DNA from: an uncultured Ignavibacteria bacterium
GTDB lineage: Bacteria > Bacteroidota > Ignavibacteria > UBA10030 > UBA6906
Direction: 5' to 3'
DNA: 64,000 nt
Assembly: GCA_963701735.1 (NCBI GenBank)
Contig: CAVPBI010000031.1
Location: 1,356-65,355 of the forward strand
The position numbers were made by a program, and so were the translations under genes. The notes under the pieces are model-generated. The model did no database searches. It was not told where the DNA came from and worked only from the letters and a program-made list of their open reading frames with translations. Within the stretch, counting starts at the first letter, position 1, and the number at the start of each line of letters is the position of its first letter. Below, one piece after another: positions 10,205-22,333 of the stretch.

Positions 10205-12538
10205 GGTGTGCTCTTCACTGGATGAGAGGAATCCGGCGGCATGATGTCCTTGCGTCTCCCGGAAGGCGTTACGGTGAACGCTTCCATCGTGCCGTTGCGA
10301 TATCTGCCTTCGATCGTCGTGCTGTACGGCGCGTGCAGCTTGAAATCCACATTCCATTCCTTCGGCCACGCGGGCATGAGATGGATGGCTCTGCCATCCG
10401 TTTGCAGCACCATCGCCTGCAGCGTCTTCAGAAGGACGCTCCCGTGGTCCTGGTCGGGGATCCAATCGTAGTTGGGGCCCCAGAACGCCGGGAACCTGGA
10501 GTCAACATGCTTGTTCCGTGCGCGTCCCACGATATACTCACGGACAGTATCGGCCAGGCCAAGATACGCGGCGAAGATATCGTCCTGCCGCCAGCCCGAG
10601 TTGCCCCGGTCCGGACGATGCCGGAACGCATGGAGAGCGAACTCCTTGCCGGGCTTGTTGAAGCCAAAGAGCCGGAACGGAAACACCGCGTACAGCTCGG
10701 GGTTCTCGATGTTCATCTTGTTCGCAAACTTCGCGGCCGGCGCAAGCATCGTCGTCCCATCAACCGTGTGGACCGGAGGATCGGGCACCTTCTTCTTCAG
10801 CCTGAGCCCAGAGCGCCTCGTTGTTCACCGGTTGCGCTCTTCTCGGGCAGTGAGCCGAGCCGGTCCACAACGGCGTGCAAACCCGCTACCTCAGGCATCG
10901 GGTTGGTGCAATCCCACCACGTCTCGGCGGCCTGCGACGGATGCATCACCATCTTCCCGGTCGAATCGACGGGGTAGTGCTGGTCGAAGAAGGTAAGGAC
11001 CTCGTGCGCGGTCGGAAGGACCATCTCGCGCAGGAACGGCTCGTCGAGCGTGTGGTCGTAGTAGTCCATCATCAGCCAGACGAGCTCAAGGCCGGAGACC
11101 CACTCCCACTTGTGCCACCGGCTCTCCTGCAGCTTGTCGGTCCGTTCCTCGAAGGGGGTCCAGCCGTACGTCTCGCTGAACATGTCCCCCCAGAAGTAGA
11201 TGCATTCCGGAATGTACGCCCCCTCATGGCCCAGGTACAGGTGCGTCCTGTACCGGAACAGTGGCATCAGCTCCCTGCCGTACATCCGGAAGAGCGGCGC
11301 CATCAGGTCGTAGTCGCCGGAAGCGGGCATGCTGACGTACGGGAGCCGCGTGTTCTGCCACCAGTAGCCTGGACCCCACCGGCGGTAGTCGGCATCTCCG
11401 GGCCCGTCCCGATACGGGACCGTGAACGTCGATCCGTTGAACTTGATGGGGTATCGCCCGCGGCCGGCGCATGCGGTGATAAACCGCTGGAGCGCGTACG
11501 CACGGCTGACGACAAAGGCATCGTCCTGCATCGCGGAATCGCGTGTGGAGGTCGACGCCGTCGTGTCTGTCGTGACATGAATCCAGCTGCGGTTCCAGAA
11601 CTCCTGCCACCACCTCTCATGGGCCCTTCGCGATGCCGCCAGAGGCGTCCGCCCCGTAGCATCGATGAGACTGTCAACGGCCTGGAGCCACTCGATCGGC
11701 GTGGCCGGGTGCCTCGTCACCACATACACGCTGAGGAGATGTCTGGATGAGAGCGTCGACCGCAGGCGTGTGCTATCGACGGGTTCGGCTCCCTCTCCGG
11801 TCACGACTGCGCCGAATGTCCTGTGCAGAAGCGGGTCGGGCCGGTTGAACCCCCGAACCCCCTGGATGCCTGCTGTCAGCTCGGGCCCTGCGGAAGCGAC
11901 ATTGTGATGGAACCATCCAATGCGTCCCGGCCCGGGTGCGATCAGGGAATCGGGCTCCACCGTCACCCTGGCTTCCTTGTGTTTCTCATGGTCCCAGCGG
12001 AACATGACATCGCTGATCTCGAGCGACGGCAGCACAGTGCGAGCCGTCCTCCATGATTCGATCGATGCGACTGCGCGCGGGGCGGTCTTTGCTGTCGACT
12101 TCCACCCTGATCACCGGACGGTTGGCGTCAACCCACACGCGCATGGCAACGGCATCCTCCCCTTCGCCGTATCGCACCTGAAGGGTCGCACCGGGCAGGT
12201 CCAGCTGCTGCTCGAACGCCGCGAAGCGGAGTCTGCGGGCGGGGATCGAGCGAGACCCTCACACGGCCGACTTTCAGCAATCTGCCGTTCTCATCCCAGC
12301 TGTCTGATTTTCCTACATAGAAGAGCAGATCGCCGGATTCCTCAACCCATGCGTTGAGTGTGATGTCGCCGTTGCCCAGAGGCATCGACCCGTTGTGATC
12401 CGTGCTCGGAGAAGTCCACACCACGTTGTAGCGCGACGGGTCTCCCCCTCCCCCCTGTGCCTTGCCGGCAGCGTAGCCGCGCACCAGGATGCGCGAGCAG
12501 AAGACAAGCGCGGGGAGCAGAAGGAGAAAGTTCTTCAT
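10201..12538 (-). CDS. DUF5703-N / GH95-like putative glycoside hydrolase, secreted; about 3 frameshifts
   Basis: Fragments are 12128..12538 (signal peptide MKNFLLLLPALVFC, then YNVVWTSPSTDHNGSMPLGNGDITLNAWVEESGDLLFYVGKSDSWDENGRLLKVGRVRV, which matches my recollection of the DUF5703 N-domain), 11986..12177, 10797..12035 and 10201..10788. Frame changes occur at about 12227, 12090 and 10803. Confidence 0.5.
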
Positions 12539-12702
12539 CGTGTCGTCGGACCTTTCATCATGACCTGCAATTCAGATGGCGTATCTGCGCAGGATGTCCC
12601 GTTGCCCTGCGAGGAGTTCTGATTCAGGGGGAGTTTGATTCTCCCGCGACGTTCCCCTACCTTGACATCCAGATATCCCACGACCACAAAGGAAGCCTGC
12701 CC

Positions 12703-14239
12703 ATGCGATCATCTCCCGGAGCTCTCTGCATCCTCATCCTGGGCGCAGCCCTGACACTCCAGGCGCAGGAACAAGGACCGTATGTGCCGGAAACCGACCC
12801 CCTTGCGCTTCAGAAGCTCCAGCAGTGGCAGGATCTGAAGTTCGGACTCCTGCTCACCTGGGGACCGTACAGTCAGTGGGGTGTCGTGGAATCCTGGTCC
12901 ATCTGCGCCGAAGACGAGCCGTGGTGCCAGCGCAAAGGGTCCGGACTACGTCCAGTACAAGAAAGACTACGAAGCCCTCCCGAAGACGTTCAACCCGGTG
13001 AAGTTCGACCCGCAGAAGTGGGCGAAGGCAGCCCGGGAGGCGGGAATCAAGTATGTCGTCGGGATGGCGAAGCATCATGACGGTTTCTGCATGTTCGACA
13101 CGAAGACCACCGACTACCGGATCACCCATCCATCCACGCCGTTTTCCTCGAACCCCGGGCGAATATTCTCAAGGAAATGCTTCACGGCCTTCCGAGAGCA
13201 GGGGATCTGGGCCGGCATCTACTTCTCGAAGCCCGACTGGCACACCGAGTACTACTGGTGGCCGTACTTCCCGACACCCGATCGCAACGCAAACTATGAC
13301 ATCAAGAAATATCCGGACCGGTGGCAGAAGTTCGTGGACTTCACCCACGCCCAGATCGACGAGCTGATGACCGGCTACGGCCCCATCGATCTCCTCTGGC
13401 TCGACGGCGGCTGGGTGCAGCCCATGACCCGCGACGAGGTCATGAAATATGTCCTGGCCCCCGACTACAAGTTCAGCCACATCCAGAGCCAGGACATCAA
13501 TATGCCCGAGCTCGCCCGCAAGGCACGGTCGAAGCAGCCGGGGCTGATCGTCGTGGACAGGGCCGTCTACGGAAAATACCAGAACTACCTGACGCCCGAG
13601 AACGTCGTTCCCGAGAAGATGCTCCCGTACCCCTGGGAGTCATGCATCACGGCGACAACAAGCTGGTCCTACACCTTCCAGGACACCTACAAGTCCGGCC
13701 GCGAGCTGGTCCACATGCTCGCGGACATTGTCTCGAAGGGCGGCAACCTGCTGCTGAACATCGGCCCCGGCCCTGACGGGACCTGGCAGGACGACGCGTA
13801 CGACCGGCTTTCGCAGATCGGAGCCTGGCTGAAGGTCAACGGCGAAGCCATCTATGCCACGCGCCCCATCGCACCGTACAAAGACGGCAAGGTGTGCCTG
13901 ACGAGCGCGAAGGACGGAGCGGTCTATGCCATCTACCTTGGCGACAGGGACGAGGAGCAGCCGCCATCGAGGATCTGGCTGAATACGGTGCAACCTGCTC
14001 CCGGAGCCACCGTGACCATGCTCGGCGCCAAGGAGAACCTGACATGGGAAGCCGTCGGCAAGGGCGTGGTTGTCGACATCCCCTCCTCCGTCCAGAAGAA
14101 GGGACCCTGCAAGTACGCCTGGACGATCAGAGATGTCAAAGATCGGGAAATAGCCGCATCGCCCCGGACCCCGGGCGTGCCCGGCACGCCCGCTATTTCT
14201 CGCTGTCGCGATACAGATCCACCGGCCCGTCAAGCCTGA
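12703..14239 (+). CDS. GH29 alpha-L-fucosidase (paralogue 1), secreted; 1 frameshift
   Basis: ATG at 12703 is preceded by AAAGGAAG and gives the signal peptide MRSSPGALCILILGAALTLQA. Fragments are 12457..13080 and 12881..14239. The frame changes inside AAAGGG at about 12937. GH29 motifs are present: KFGLLLTWGPYS, YVVGMAKHHDGFCMFDT, DLLWLDGGW. The last ~45 nt overlap the convergent gene, so the true 3' end is uncertain. Confidence 0.8.
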
Positions 14240-15509
14240 CAGCGAGCACCGTCACCTGCGGGTCAAGAACTTTCTCCGGGACATCGATGTAGACCAGACC
14301 CGGGATCTGGCTCCACCACGCCTTCATCATGATCTTCGTGTTCAGCTTTGTGCCGTTGCCGACAACCCACACGCTATTGATCTTGTTCTTCAGCCCCTTG
14401 ATGAGCACCGGCCCCACGGGCCTGTCCACGAGATAGAGGTGGAGGATCGTGCTGTCCTTCGACAGGGAGGTCGGCCCGTAGAAGTAGTCCTTCGGGATGC
14501 CGGCCGCGGTGCCGTAGATCGCGTCCTTGTGCTTGCCTGTCCATCTCCCCAGCTCGCGCAGGATGTTCACCTGTTCCGGCGCGATGGTCCCGTCTTCCTT
14601 TGGCCCGATATCCAGCAACAGGTTCCCCCCCATGCTGATGCAGTCTACGAAGATCCTGATGATCTGGTTCGGCGTCTTGTAGTTCGTGTCGTTCCCCTGG
14701 TAGCCCCACGAATCGTTCATGGTCATGCACAGCTCCCACCAGCGGCTCTTCGGTCGCGTGATCGGGACCCCCTGCTCGGGCGTGTCGTAGTCCCCATACC
14801 CGTTGATGCGGGAATTGACGATGACGTTGGGGAGCCACCGCGAGATCATGTCCCGGGTCTCTTTCGCTTTCCACTCCTCGGCCGAGTAGTCCCAATCACC
14901 GTCAAACCAGAGCAGGTCGGGGCGGAATTGCGTCGACAATTCCTCGATCTGCGCCCGCTGGAACTTCAGGAACCGCTCCCACCGCACCGGGTCCTTGTCG
15001 TACCGCTTCTCGGTCCTCGTGAAATGGGGATAGTCGGGGTGGGACCAATCCAGGTGCGAGAAATAGAGGCCGACCTTCAGCCCCTGTTTGCGGATCGCGT
15101 CGCAGTAGGGCGTCACGAGATCGCGGGCGGCAGGCGTCTTCTTCACCACGCTCAGGTCGTTCTGCTTCGTGTCCCAGAGCGCCACCCCGTCGTGGTGCTT
15201 TGTGCCCAGCACCGCATACCGCGCACCGCTCTGCTTGATCAGCTTGGCCCAGGCAACGGGATCGTACTTCGAAGCCGTAAACCCTCCAAGCTGCTTCATG
15301 TAGTCGTCGTACGTGATGTAGCCGTTGTAGAACGACCAGGATTCGTCGATGCCGTTGACGGCATAGATGCCCCAGTGGATGAAGATGCCGAGCTTCGCGT
15401 CGGCGAACCACTGCATGCGTTTCTCTTTCACCGAATCGGGTTCCTGGGCGGCTGCCACGCCGCACACGAGGGTAACGAGAGAAAGGAAGAGAATGGCCCG
15501 CATTTTCAT
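14193..15509 (-). CDS. GH29 alpha-L-fucosidase (paralogue 2), secreted; intact
   Basis: ATG at 15509 gives MKMRAILFLSLVTLVCGVAAA. Motifs: KLGIFIHWGIYAV, YAVLGTKHHDGVALWDT, DLLWFDGDW. Confidence 0.9.
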   Translation of the reverse strand: MKMRAILFLSLVTLVCGVAAAQEPDSVKEKRMQWFADAKLGIFIHWGIYAVNGIDESWSFYNGYITYDDYMKQLGGFTASKYDPVAWAKLIKQSGARYAVLGTKHHDGVALWDTKQNDLSVVKKTPAARDLVTPYCDAIRKQGLKVGLYFSHLDWSHPDYPHFTRTEKRYDKDPVRWERFLKFQRAQIEELSTQFRPDLLWFDGDWDYSAEEWKAKETRDMISRWLPNVIVNSRINGYGDYDTPEQGVPITRPKSRWWELCMTMNDSWGYQGNDTNYKTPNQIIRIFVDCISMGGNLLLDIGPKEDGTIAPEQVNILRELGRWTGKHKDAIYGTAAGIPKDYFYGPTSLSKDSTILHLYLVDRPVGPVLIKGLKNKINSVWVVGNGTKLNTKIMMKAWWSQIPGLVYIDVPEKVLDPQVTVLAVRLDGPVDLYRDSEK

Positions 15510-15657
15510 GTCCGGCTCCTGAGCAGATATGTCATCATTATGCCCTCGATACACATTGACCGGTGTGTCGAGCAGACGGTGATTGATTCGTGCAATTTCA
15601 TTTCTCTACTATCATACTGATGCTGCGGCCCCATCCACCCACCAGAGGACAGAGAAC

Positions 15658-17829
15658 ATGAGGTTTCTGACAAGTATCCCCGTACTCGCTGCCGCCGTGA
15701 TCATCATCGGTTGCCCGGCCAATCAGAGCCCGGACAGCTACCATCAGAAGGTGTCGGCGCATCCCGAGCGAACCCCCCTGGTCTGGAGAGACGCCGCATC
15801 CGGAGTCTGGGAATCCGTCGTTGGAACGCCGGAGTCCGTGAATCTCCTCGACATGGCGGGGACAACCCCCCGGTTGGCTGCGCTCTCCGAAAAAGGAGTT
15901 GCCCGGTTCCCCCTGAACCAGACCGAGATCACTGCCGTCATCCGCGACGGGAAGACGTACATCCGGTTCCCGCTGGACGACAAAGAGCAAATCTACGGCT
16001 TCGGACTGAATTTTCAGACTGTCCACCAGCGCGGGCGAATCCTCCGCCTGCACGTCGACCACTACGGCGATCAGGACAATGGCCGCACGCACGCGCCGGT
16101 CCCGTTCTTCGTCTCGAGCAAAGGGTACGGCGTCCTGATCAACTCGGCGCGCTACCTCGACGTCTGGATCGGGACCGCGGTGCGCAAAGACAGTCCGCGT
16201 CACCCGAAAGCCAGAGACCGCACCACCGATACGCTCTGGTCAGCGCAGCCGGAGTCCGACGGCGTGGAGATCCTCATCCCGGCAGCCGGAGCAGCTGTCT
16301 ATCTCTTTGCCGGCCCCTCTCCTCTTGACGTCGTCCAGCGATACAATCTCTTTTGCGGCGGAGGCGTCTTGCCTCCCAAATGGGGGCTCGGATTCTGGCA
16401 CCGCGTCCCTACAGCGTTTTCGGAATCGGACGTTCGCACCGAAGTGGAAGCGTTCGACCAGCACGGCTTTCCGCTGGACGTGATCGGCCTGGAGCCGGGA
16501 TGGCAGAGCAGAGCCTATCCCTGCACGTATGAATGGGACCCCTCCCGGTTCCCGCAACCAGAGCAGTTCGTTCGGAACATGATGGACAAGGGCATTCGCC
16601 TGAATCTCTGGATCAATCCGTACGTGTCGCCCGAAGCCTCCATCGCCGGATCCATCGAGCCTTACACCGGATCCCACACCGTCTGGTGCGGCACCGTGCC
16701 GGACTACACGCTGCAGGAATCACGCGCGATCACGTCGGCCCATTTCGCCAGGAACCACCTCAGCCTCGGCGTGAGCGGCTACAAAATCGACGAGTGCGAC
16801 GGCTTCGATTCGTGGCTCTGGCCTGACGTCGCTACGTTCCCCTCCGGGCTGAGCGGGGAGCAGATGCGGCAAACATACCCTCTCCAGCTCCAACGAATGG
16901 TCCAGGGGCTGTTCCGCGAGCAGGGAAAGCGGACGTACGGCCTGGTGCGCGGGTCGAACGCCGGAGCCAGCAGCTTCCCCTTTGTGCTCTATTCCGACTA
17001 TTACAGCCTCGGCGGCTTTCTCACGGCACTTGTCAACAGCAGCTTTGCCGGCGTGCTGTGGACCCCCGAAGTGCGCAGCTCCAGGACCGGCGAAGAATGG
17101 CTGCGGAGAATGCAGCTGAACTGCTTCTCGCCGATGGCGATGATCAACGCGTGGGCGGACGGCACAAAGCCCTGGTCCTTTCCGGAGGTGTTTCCCGCAG
17201 TGCGCGACGTCGCTCTCCTGCGGAGCCGCCTCCTCCCCTATCTGTACACCGCATTCGCGCGGTACCAGCGCGAAGGCATTCCTCCGTTTCGAGCGATGGC
17301 GCTGGAGCCGTCCTTCGCCCCGCTACCTGACGACAGAGAAGCCTATATCCTTGCCGCACAGCAGGAGATCAAAGACCAGTACATGATGGGAGCATGCATC
17401 CTTGTGGCTCCCATGCTGCCCGGACAGACCCGGCGCACGGTCGTTCTCCCGCACGGCAAGTGGTACGACTTCTACACCGGCAGGTACGCCGGAGAGGCCG
17501 AGACCATCACCGTCGCTCCCGGCCTGGAAACGATCCCGCTCTTTGTCAAAGACGGCGGGATGATTCCAATGATTCCCGCCCTGCGACAGCTCTCGCGACT
17601 CCAGGACGGCGCACCGCTGGAGATCCGGCACTACGGAACCGCCGAAGGCACCACGCACATCTACGATGACGATGGGTCAACCTTCGCGTATGAAACGGGG
17701 GCGCACACCTGGCTCGAGGCGAAGGTCACGCGGCAATCCGACGGTACGCTCGCAGGCACAACAGGCCAGCCTCCGAAGGGCATGCCGTGGTCGTACGGAA
17801 CAATTACCTGGAAGTGGATGACGCGCTAG
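15658..17829 (+). CDS. GH31 alpha-glucosidase/alpha-xylosidase family protein, lipoprotein-type signal; intact
   Basis: ATG at 15658 gives MRFLTSIPVLAAAVIIIGC. GH31 patterns are present: IYGFGLNFQT..GRILRLHVDH, VPFFVSSKGYGVLIN, LPPKWGLGFWH, GFPLDVIGLEPGW, GVSGYKIDECDG. Confidence 0.8.
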   Translation: MRFLTSIPVLAAAVIIIGCPANQSPDSYHQKVSAHPERTPLVWRDAASGVWESVVGTPESVNLLDMAGTTPRLAALSEKGVARFPLNQTEITAVIRDGKTYIRFPLDDKEQIYGFGLNFQTVHQRGRILRLHVDHYGDQDNGRTHAPVPFFVSSKGYGVLINSARYLDVWIGTAVRKDSPRHPKARDRTTDTLWSAQPESDGVEILIPAAGAAVYLFAGPSPLDVVQRYNLFCGGGVLPPKWGLGFWHRVPTAFSESDVRTEVEAFDQHGFPLDVIGLEPGWQSRAYPCTYEWDPSRFPQPEQFVRNMMDKGIRLNLWINPYVSPEASIAGSIEPYTGSHTVWCGTVPDYTLQESRAITSAHFARNHLSLGVSGYKIDECDGFDSWLWPDVATFPSGLSGEQMRQTYPLQLQRMVQGLFREQGKRTYGLVRGSNAGASSFPFVLYSDYYSLGGFLTALVNSSFAGVLWTPEVRSSRTGEEWLRRMQLNCFSPMAMINAWADGTKPWSFPEVFPAVRDVALLRSRLLPYLYTAFARYQREGIPPFRAMALEPSFAPLPDDREAYILAAQQEIKDQYMMGACILVAPMLPGQTRRTVVLPHGKWYDFYTGRYAGEAETITVAPGLETIPLFVKDGGMIPMIPALRQLSRLQDGAPLEIRHYGTAEGTTHIYDDDGSTFAYETGAHTWLEAKVTRQSDGTLAGTTGQPPKGMPWSYGTITWKWMTR

Positions 17830-17845
17830 AGCGTCCGCCGATTCA

Positions 17846-19677
17846 TTATTCTACGGTCATTTCGTCAACGAACACCCATGCTTTGCCACCGGCGCCTTTG
17901 TGCCAGGAGGGGCACACGCCGATGTTGACGACGCGCACCTTGACGAACCGTGCAGAGGCCCGGTCGCATGGTATCACAAAGTTCCTCGTGTCCGCCCCTT
18001 CGTCGCGGTCCGGTCCCTCCACAGCGAGCGTGCCGATCGCTCTGAAGTCCGTACCATTGTCAGAGACAGCGACCTCAAACGCCTTGGGATAGAAGATCCA
18101 CGAGCCCTGCGCCTTGAGGCATCCGACGGTGACCCTGGTGACCGGCCTGGCTGAACGCAGGTCGATCACCGCCTCGCAATCGTCCTGTTCGAACCCGAGC
18201 CACGTCCCGTCATGGAAGTCTGCCGTTCCACGAATCCTGTCGATCAGTGACGGCGCACCCGTCGCGTAGTACCCCGAGCTTGGCTCGCGCAGCAGCCTCA
18301 CCTCAGCGTCCATCACCCCGTGAACTTGTTCTCCGGCACTGCAAGCGGTGCGAGTCCCTGCGCCGGCCCGTCGAGCTCCAGCACCACGACGGCGTCATTG
18401 TCATCGACCGGCTCACGCGGCAATGTGATGACGACCTGATCTCCATCCTTGCGGAACTCAAGCGGAGCGCCGCCGAGCACGCGGACGCTCTTGATCTTCC
18501 GCTGCGGTATCACAGGCAAACGAAGTTCGTCCTGAGGAGACAGCAGGAGATGCACAAAGATCCGGTTTCCCTTGTTGGTGGAGGCCAGCCACGGGGTGGG
18601 TTTGAGCGGCCCGCCGGCAGCCCCGTAAATGCTTTCCCCGTAACGGGTTAGCCACTGCCCGACTCCCTTCAGCCTGTCGATCTGCCGCTGCTCGATCCGG
18701 CCGTCCATCATCGGTCCGATGTTCAGCAGGAGATTGCCGCCGCCGCCCACCGTCTTCGCCAGCGTCTGAATGCACTCCTTGACCGACTTGATCCTCTCGT
18801 TCGGTTTCCACGACCACTGCTGGCCGATCGTAATGCACGATTCCCAGGGATCGTCATTATTGAAGACCCCGACCTCCTGCTCCGGCGTCCCGAAGTCCCC
18901 CGCGAATTTCGCGGAGGTGGTCATCCCCTTCATGCCCTCGCGCCCCTTGTCAACGCGATTGTTCACCAGCACCTTGTCGTTCAGGCTCCGGGCATACGCA
19001 TAAAGGTCCATCCCGTCCTCGTGTGTCCACGACGCCTCCCACTCGCCGTCACACCAGAGCATGTTCGTCCCGTAGTTGGTGATGAGCTCTCCAACCTGGT
19101 TCTTGAGGTATTGCCTGTAGACGTTCATGTCGGACGAGGCCACAGGACGCGGGTCACCGCCGTAGCGCGTCGTGTAGTCGGGGTGATGCCAGTCAAGGAT
19201 CGAGTAGTACGTGCAGAACATGATCCCCTGCCGTTCGCATTCCTCCGACAGCTCCTTCAGGACGTCGCGATGGAACGGCGTGTTCATGATGTCGTAGTCG
19301 GTATACTTCGAATCCCAGAGGCAGAAGCCGTCATGATGCTTCGACGTGATGACAATGTACTTCATCCCCGCGGCCTTCGCCGTGCTTACCCACTCGCTGG
19401 CGTTGAACAGGGCCGGATTGAATTCCCTGTAGAGGCTGTCGTAGTCTTCGATCCGTACCTGCGGCCCGCGCGACCAGCCGATTTCCGCCCCGCGAAGAGT
19501 CACAGGTCCCCAGTGGATGAACATGCCGAACCGCATCTCCTGCCACTTCTTCAACGACGCAGCATTGGTCCTGAGGTTCGGGTGTGCTTCACCGCCGCCG
19601 CCGAGACGCTGCGCCGGAGCATTGGAGGGGACGAGCCCCAGGAGAAGAATGAGAACGATCATGCCGCGAGTATGCAT
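17846..19677 (-). CDS. GH29 alpha-L-fucosidase (paralogue 3) fused to a C-terminal F5/8-type-C (discoidin/CBM32-like) domain; 1 frameshift at the domain junction
   Basis: Fragment 18313..19677 carries the signal peptide MHTRGMIVLILLLGLVPSNAPA, plus RFGMFIHWGP, YIVITSKHHDGFCLWDS and MLWCDGEW. Fragment 17846..18316 is the discoidin-like module ending GVCPSWHKGAGGKAWVFVDEMTVE. The junction reads TTCACGGGGTGATGG, and one extra G in the G-run would fuse the two fragments. Confidence 0.8.
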
Positions 19678-19790
19678 CCGGTACCCCTTTCTGATTTCGA
19701 GTCTCCCCGGGATCCGGCCTGGACGGTGTCCCGGCGACCGGAGCTCCGTTCGCTTCCTCCCCCGGCGTCATCCCCTGCCACGCGGTGTCG

Positions 19791-22314
19791 TCACATGGGG
19801 AGATGCTGCTCAAGAAGGCGAACAACCGAGTCCGGACTGGCCGCATCCATCAACTGCTGCCGGAACTCTTCATGCATCAGCTTGCGCGCAAGGCTGGCGA
19901 TGATGCGCAGATGCTGGTCACCTTTGGCGGCCGCCGAGATGGCAATGAGGATCAGGAAATGCACCGGGTCTTCGCCGGGCGCTTTCCATGGAACCGGCGT
20001 AGCCAGCTTCAGCACGGCGATGGAATTGACCGTGACATGCGGCGATTTGCAGTGCGGGATCGCCACGCCGAAGCCCATGCCTGTGGGGTACGTTTCCTCG
20101 CGCGCCCACACGGCTTCTTCCACCATGTCCGGGTCATCGACGCGCCCCGCGCTGTGCAGGAGGTCGACCATCTCCCGGATCGCCTCCTCTTTCGAGGCCG
20201 CCTCCGAGCTGAGGTGGACAAGCTCGGCCGCCACCAGCGCCTCTCCCCTCTGCGACGCGGCAAACCCCTTCAGCGCCCCCTCCACCTCCTCCGGGCTCTC
20301 CATCTGCAGAACGGACGCAAGCAGGGCCTCGCATTCGGGTACCCGGGAACGCTGGAGGACCTCTTTCACGCCGGGAATGAGCGAGGGGGCGAGGCTGATC
20401 TCGTCAATCCCGTACCCCAGGAACAGCGGCGTCGCGAGAGCATTTCCGCCCATTTCGCCGCACAGGCCTACCCATTTCCCGTGCCGGTGCGCCTCGTCGA
20501 TGATCCGCTTCAGGAGCCGCAGGAACGAAGGATGGAACGGCGTGTAGAGGGAGCTGATCCGCGTGTTCGCGCGGTCAACCGCGAGAAAATACTGCGTCAG
20601 GTCGTTCGAGCCGATGCTGAAGAAATCCACGTCCCGGCAGAGCTGATCGATGACGAACGCCACCGAAGGGATTTCTACCATAATGCCGATGGGGATCTGC
20701 GGGTCGTAGGCAACCCCTTCCGCGTCGAGTTCGCGCATCAGGTCCCGCATCCGTGTTTTGAGCGCGCGGACTTCCTGCACGGAGCAGATCATCGGGAACA
20801 TGACCTTCAGGTTGCCGGACACGGACGCGCGGAGGATTGCGCGCAGCTGGGTATTGATGAGCTGCGGATGGTCCGCATAGAGACGGGTCGCCCGGTATCC
20901 CAGGAAGGGGTTCTCTTCCGGCGGCAGATTGAGATAGGCAATCGGCTTGTCCCCGCCGATGTCCAGCGTCCTGATGATCACCGACCTCTCGCCTGCACTC
21001 TTCGCCGCCTGCGCATAGATCCGGTACTGCTCCTCTTCGTCAGGAGGATCGCTCCTGTCCATGAAGAGCATCTCGGTCCGGAAGAGTCCGATGCCTTCGG
21101 CCCCATGTGCGATTGCGGCGTCGACTTCGTCGGGGGACGCCGCATTCGCGGCCACCTCAAGCCTGCGCCCGTCTGCGGAGACTCCCGGCATGCCGGCAAA
21201 CCGGCGCAACCTGGCCTTTATCTGTTCCAGCTTGGCGGTCTCGCGGGCGTAAAACTTTGCCACGCGCTCCGACGGCGTTCGAATCAGGAATCCACGGTCG
21301 GCGTCGAGAATGACATCTTCCGATTGGGTCACAGTCCTGTGGATATCCGCTATCCCGGTCACGCAGGGAATCCCGAACGAACGCGCAAGGATCACCGTGT
21401 GCGACGTCACTCCGCCGTGCGCGAGGACCAGCCCCTTCACGCGCCGCTTGTCCAATGCAATGAACTGCGACGGGGGCAGGTTGTCCGCCACACAGATCGC
21501 ATCGTCGGTGAGTTGCAGCTGTTTCTCGGCGGAGGAACATTCCATACATCGAGGCGATAAGCTGCGAGGTGACATCCTGGATGTCAAGGATGCGTTCCTG
21601 GAGATACGCGCTGCCTGACTGCGCAAGCAGTTGATTGTACTGATTCGCCGCGTCGATGAGCGCCTCTCCGGCCGAACAATGCCGCAGCCGGATGATCTCC
21701 TCCACCCTGGCCGAGAAGTCGGGATCGCCCGCGATCGACAGGTGCGCCTTCAGGATGGCCTGCTCCACCCCGTCCTTCATGGTGACGACCTGCGCTCGCA
21801 TCCTCGACTGCGCGTCCCGCAGCGCGCCGGTGACACGGGCGACCTCATCCTCGTCCGTCCCCTTCGCCCAGCCTCCCGGCGGCGGCTCGATCGCGCGACG
21901 GCTCAGCACGACGGCGGAAGCGCGGGCAATGCCTTTGCTCACGGGAGTCCCCATGTCAACCCGCACCTGCTCTCCCCTCAACGCGCGCGGGAGGGCTCGT
22001 GCCATGCCCGGTGCCGCAGCAGGGATCACCAGATCCTCATCGCAGCCCGGGAATACCTCGGTCAGGAATCGCCTCAGGGCCTCGTAGGCCGCCCCCTCGT
22101 CCTCCCCCTCAACAATCACCGCGCAGGGATCGCCCTCGCGCGTGATTGACCCCACCAGCGAGAGCGTGCTCTTTCCGTTGGCGCTGGCGCCGGTGGACCG
22201 GTTCACGAAGGTGATGGTGGATCGGTAGGCATTGGCTACATCCTGCAGGAGGCTTGCAGGACGTGCGTGCAACCCGTTCTTCAGGGGGAACACGAACGCG
22301 AATTCCAGGGCCAT
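19791..22314 (-). CDS. PTS multiphosphoryl transfer protein: HPr - Enzyme I - EIIA(Fru/Ntr type) fusion; 1 frameshift
   Basis: Fragment 21157..22314 contains the HPr domain (NGLHARPASLL, active-site His) and the EI N-domain. Fragment 19791..21626 contains the EI core (GGVTSHTVILARSFGIPCV, IGLFRTEMLFM, FFSIGSNDLTQY) followed by a PTS_EIIA_2-like domain (GFGVAIPHCKS). The frame changes at about 21538. Confidence 0.9.
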
Positions 22315-22333
22315 AGGTCAGACCGTGAGAAGG

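Noticed and set aside
17846-18316. Stand-alone 156-aa (17846..18316) and 132-aa (27793..28191) discoidin-like ORFs treated as independent small genes.
   Set aside because: Both lack a signal peptide and a ribosome-binding site. They begin exactly where the same module begins as a fused C-terminal domain in four neighbouring enzymes. In both cases the module frame is open upstream into the preceding enzyme gene. A 1-nt indel at the junction explains them better.
19021-21560. Long antisense ORFs opposite real genes. Examples: 19021..20547 and 19785..21560 opposite GH29/PTS, 28223..29755 opposite the sulfatase, 34567..36585 opposite GH29, 41309..42925 opposite GH20, 44224..46650 opposite the hydrolase, 49511..51583 opposite GH125, and 57881..59146 opposite receptor B.
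   Set aside because: Their translations are Arg/Pro/Gly/His-rich and low-complexity, with no recognisable motifs. In each case the opposite strand encodes a protein with clear family signatures. Stop-poor shadow frames like these are expected in GC-rich DNA.
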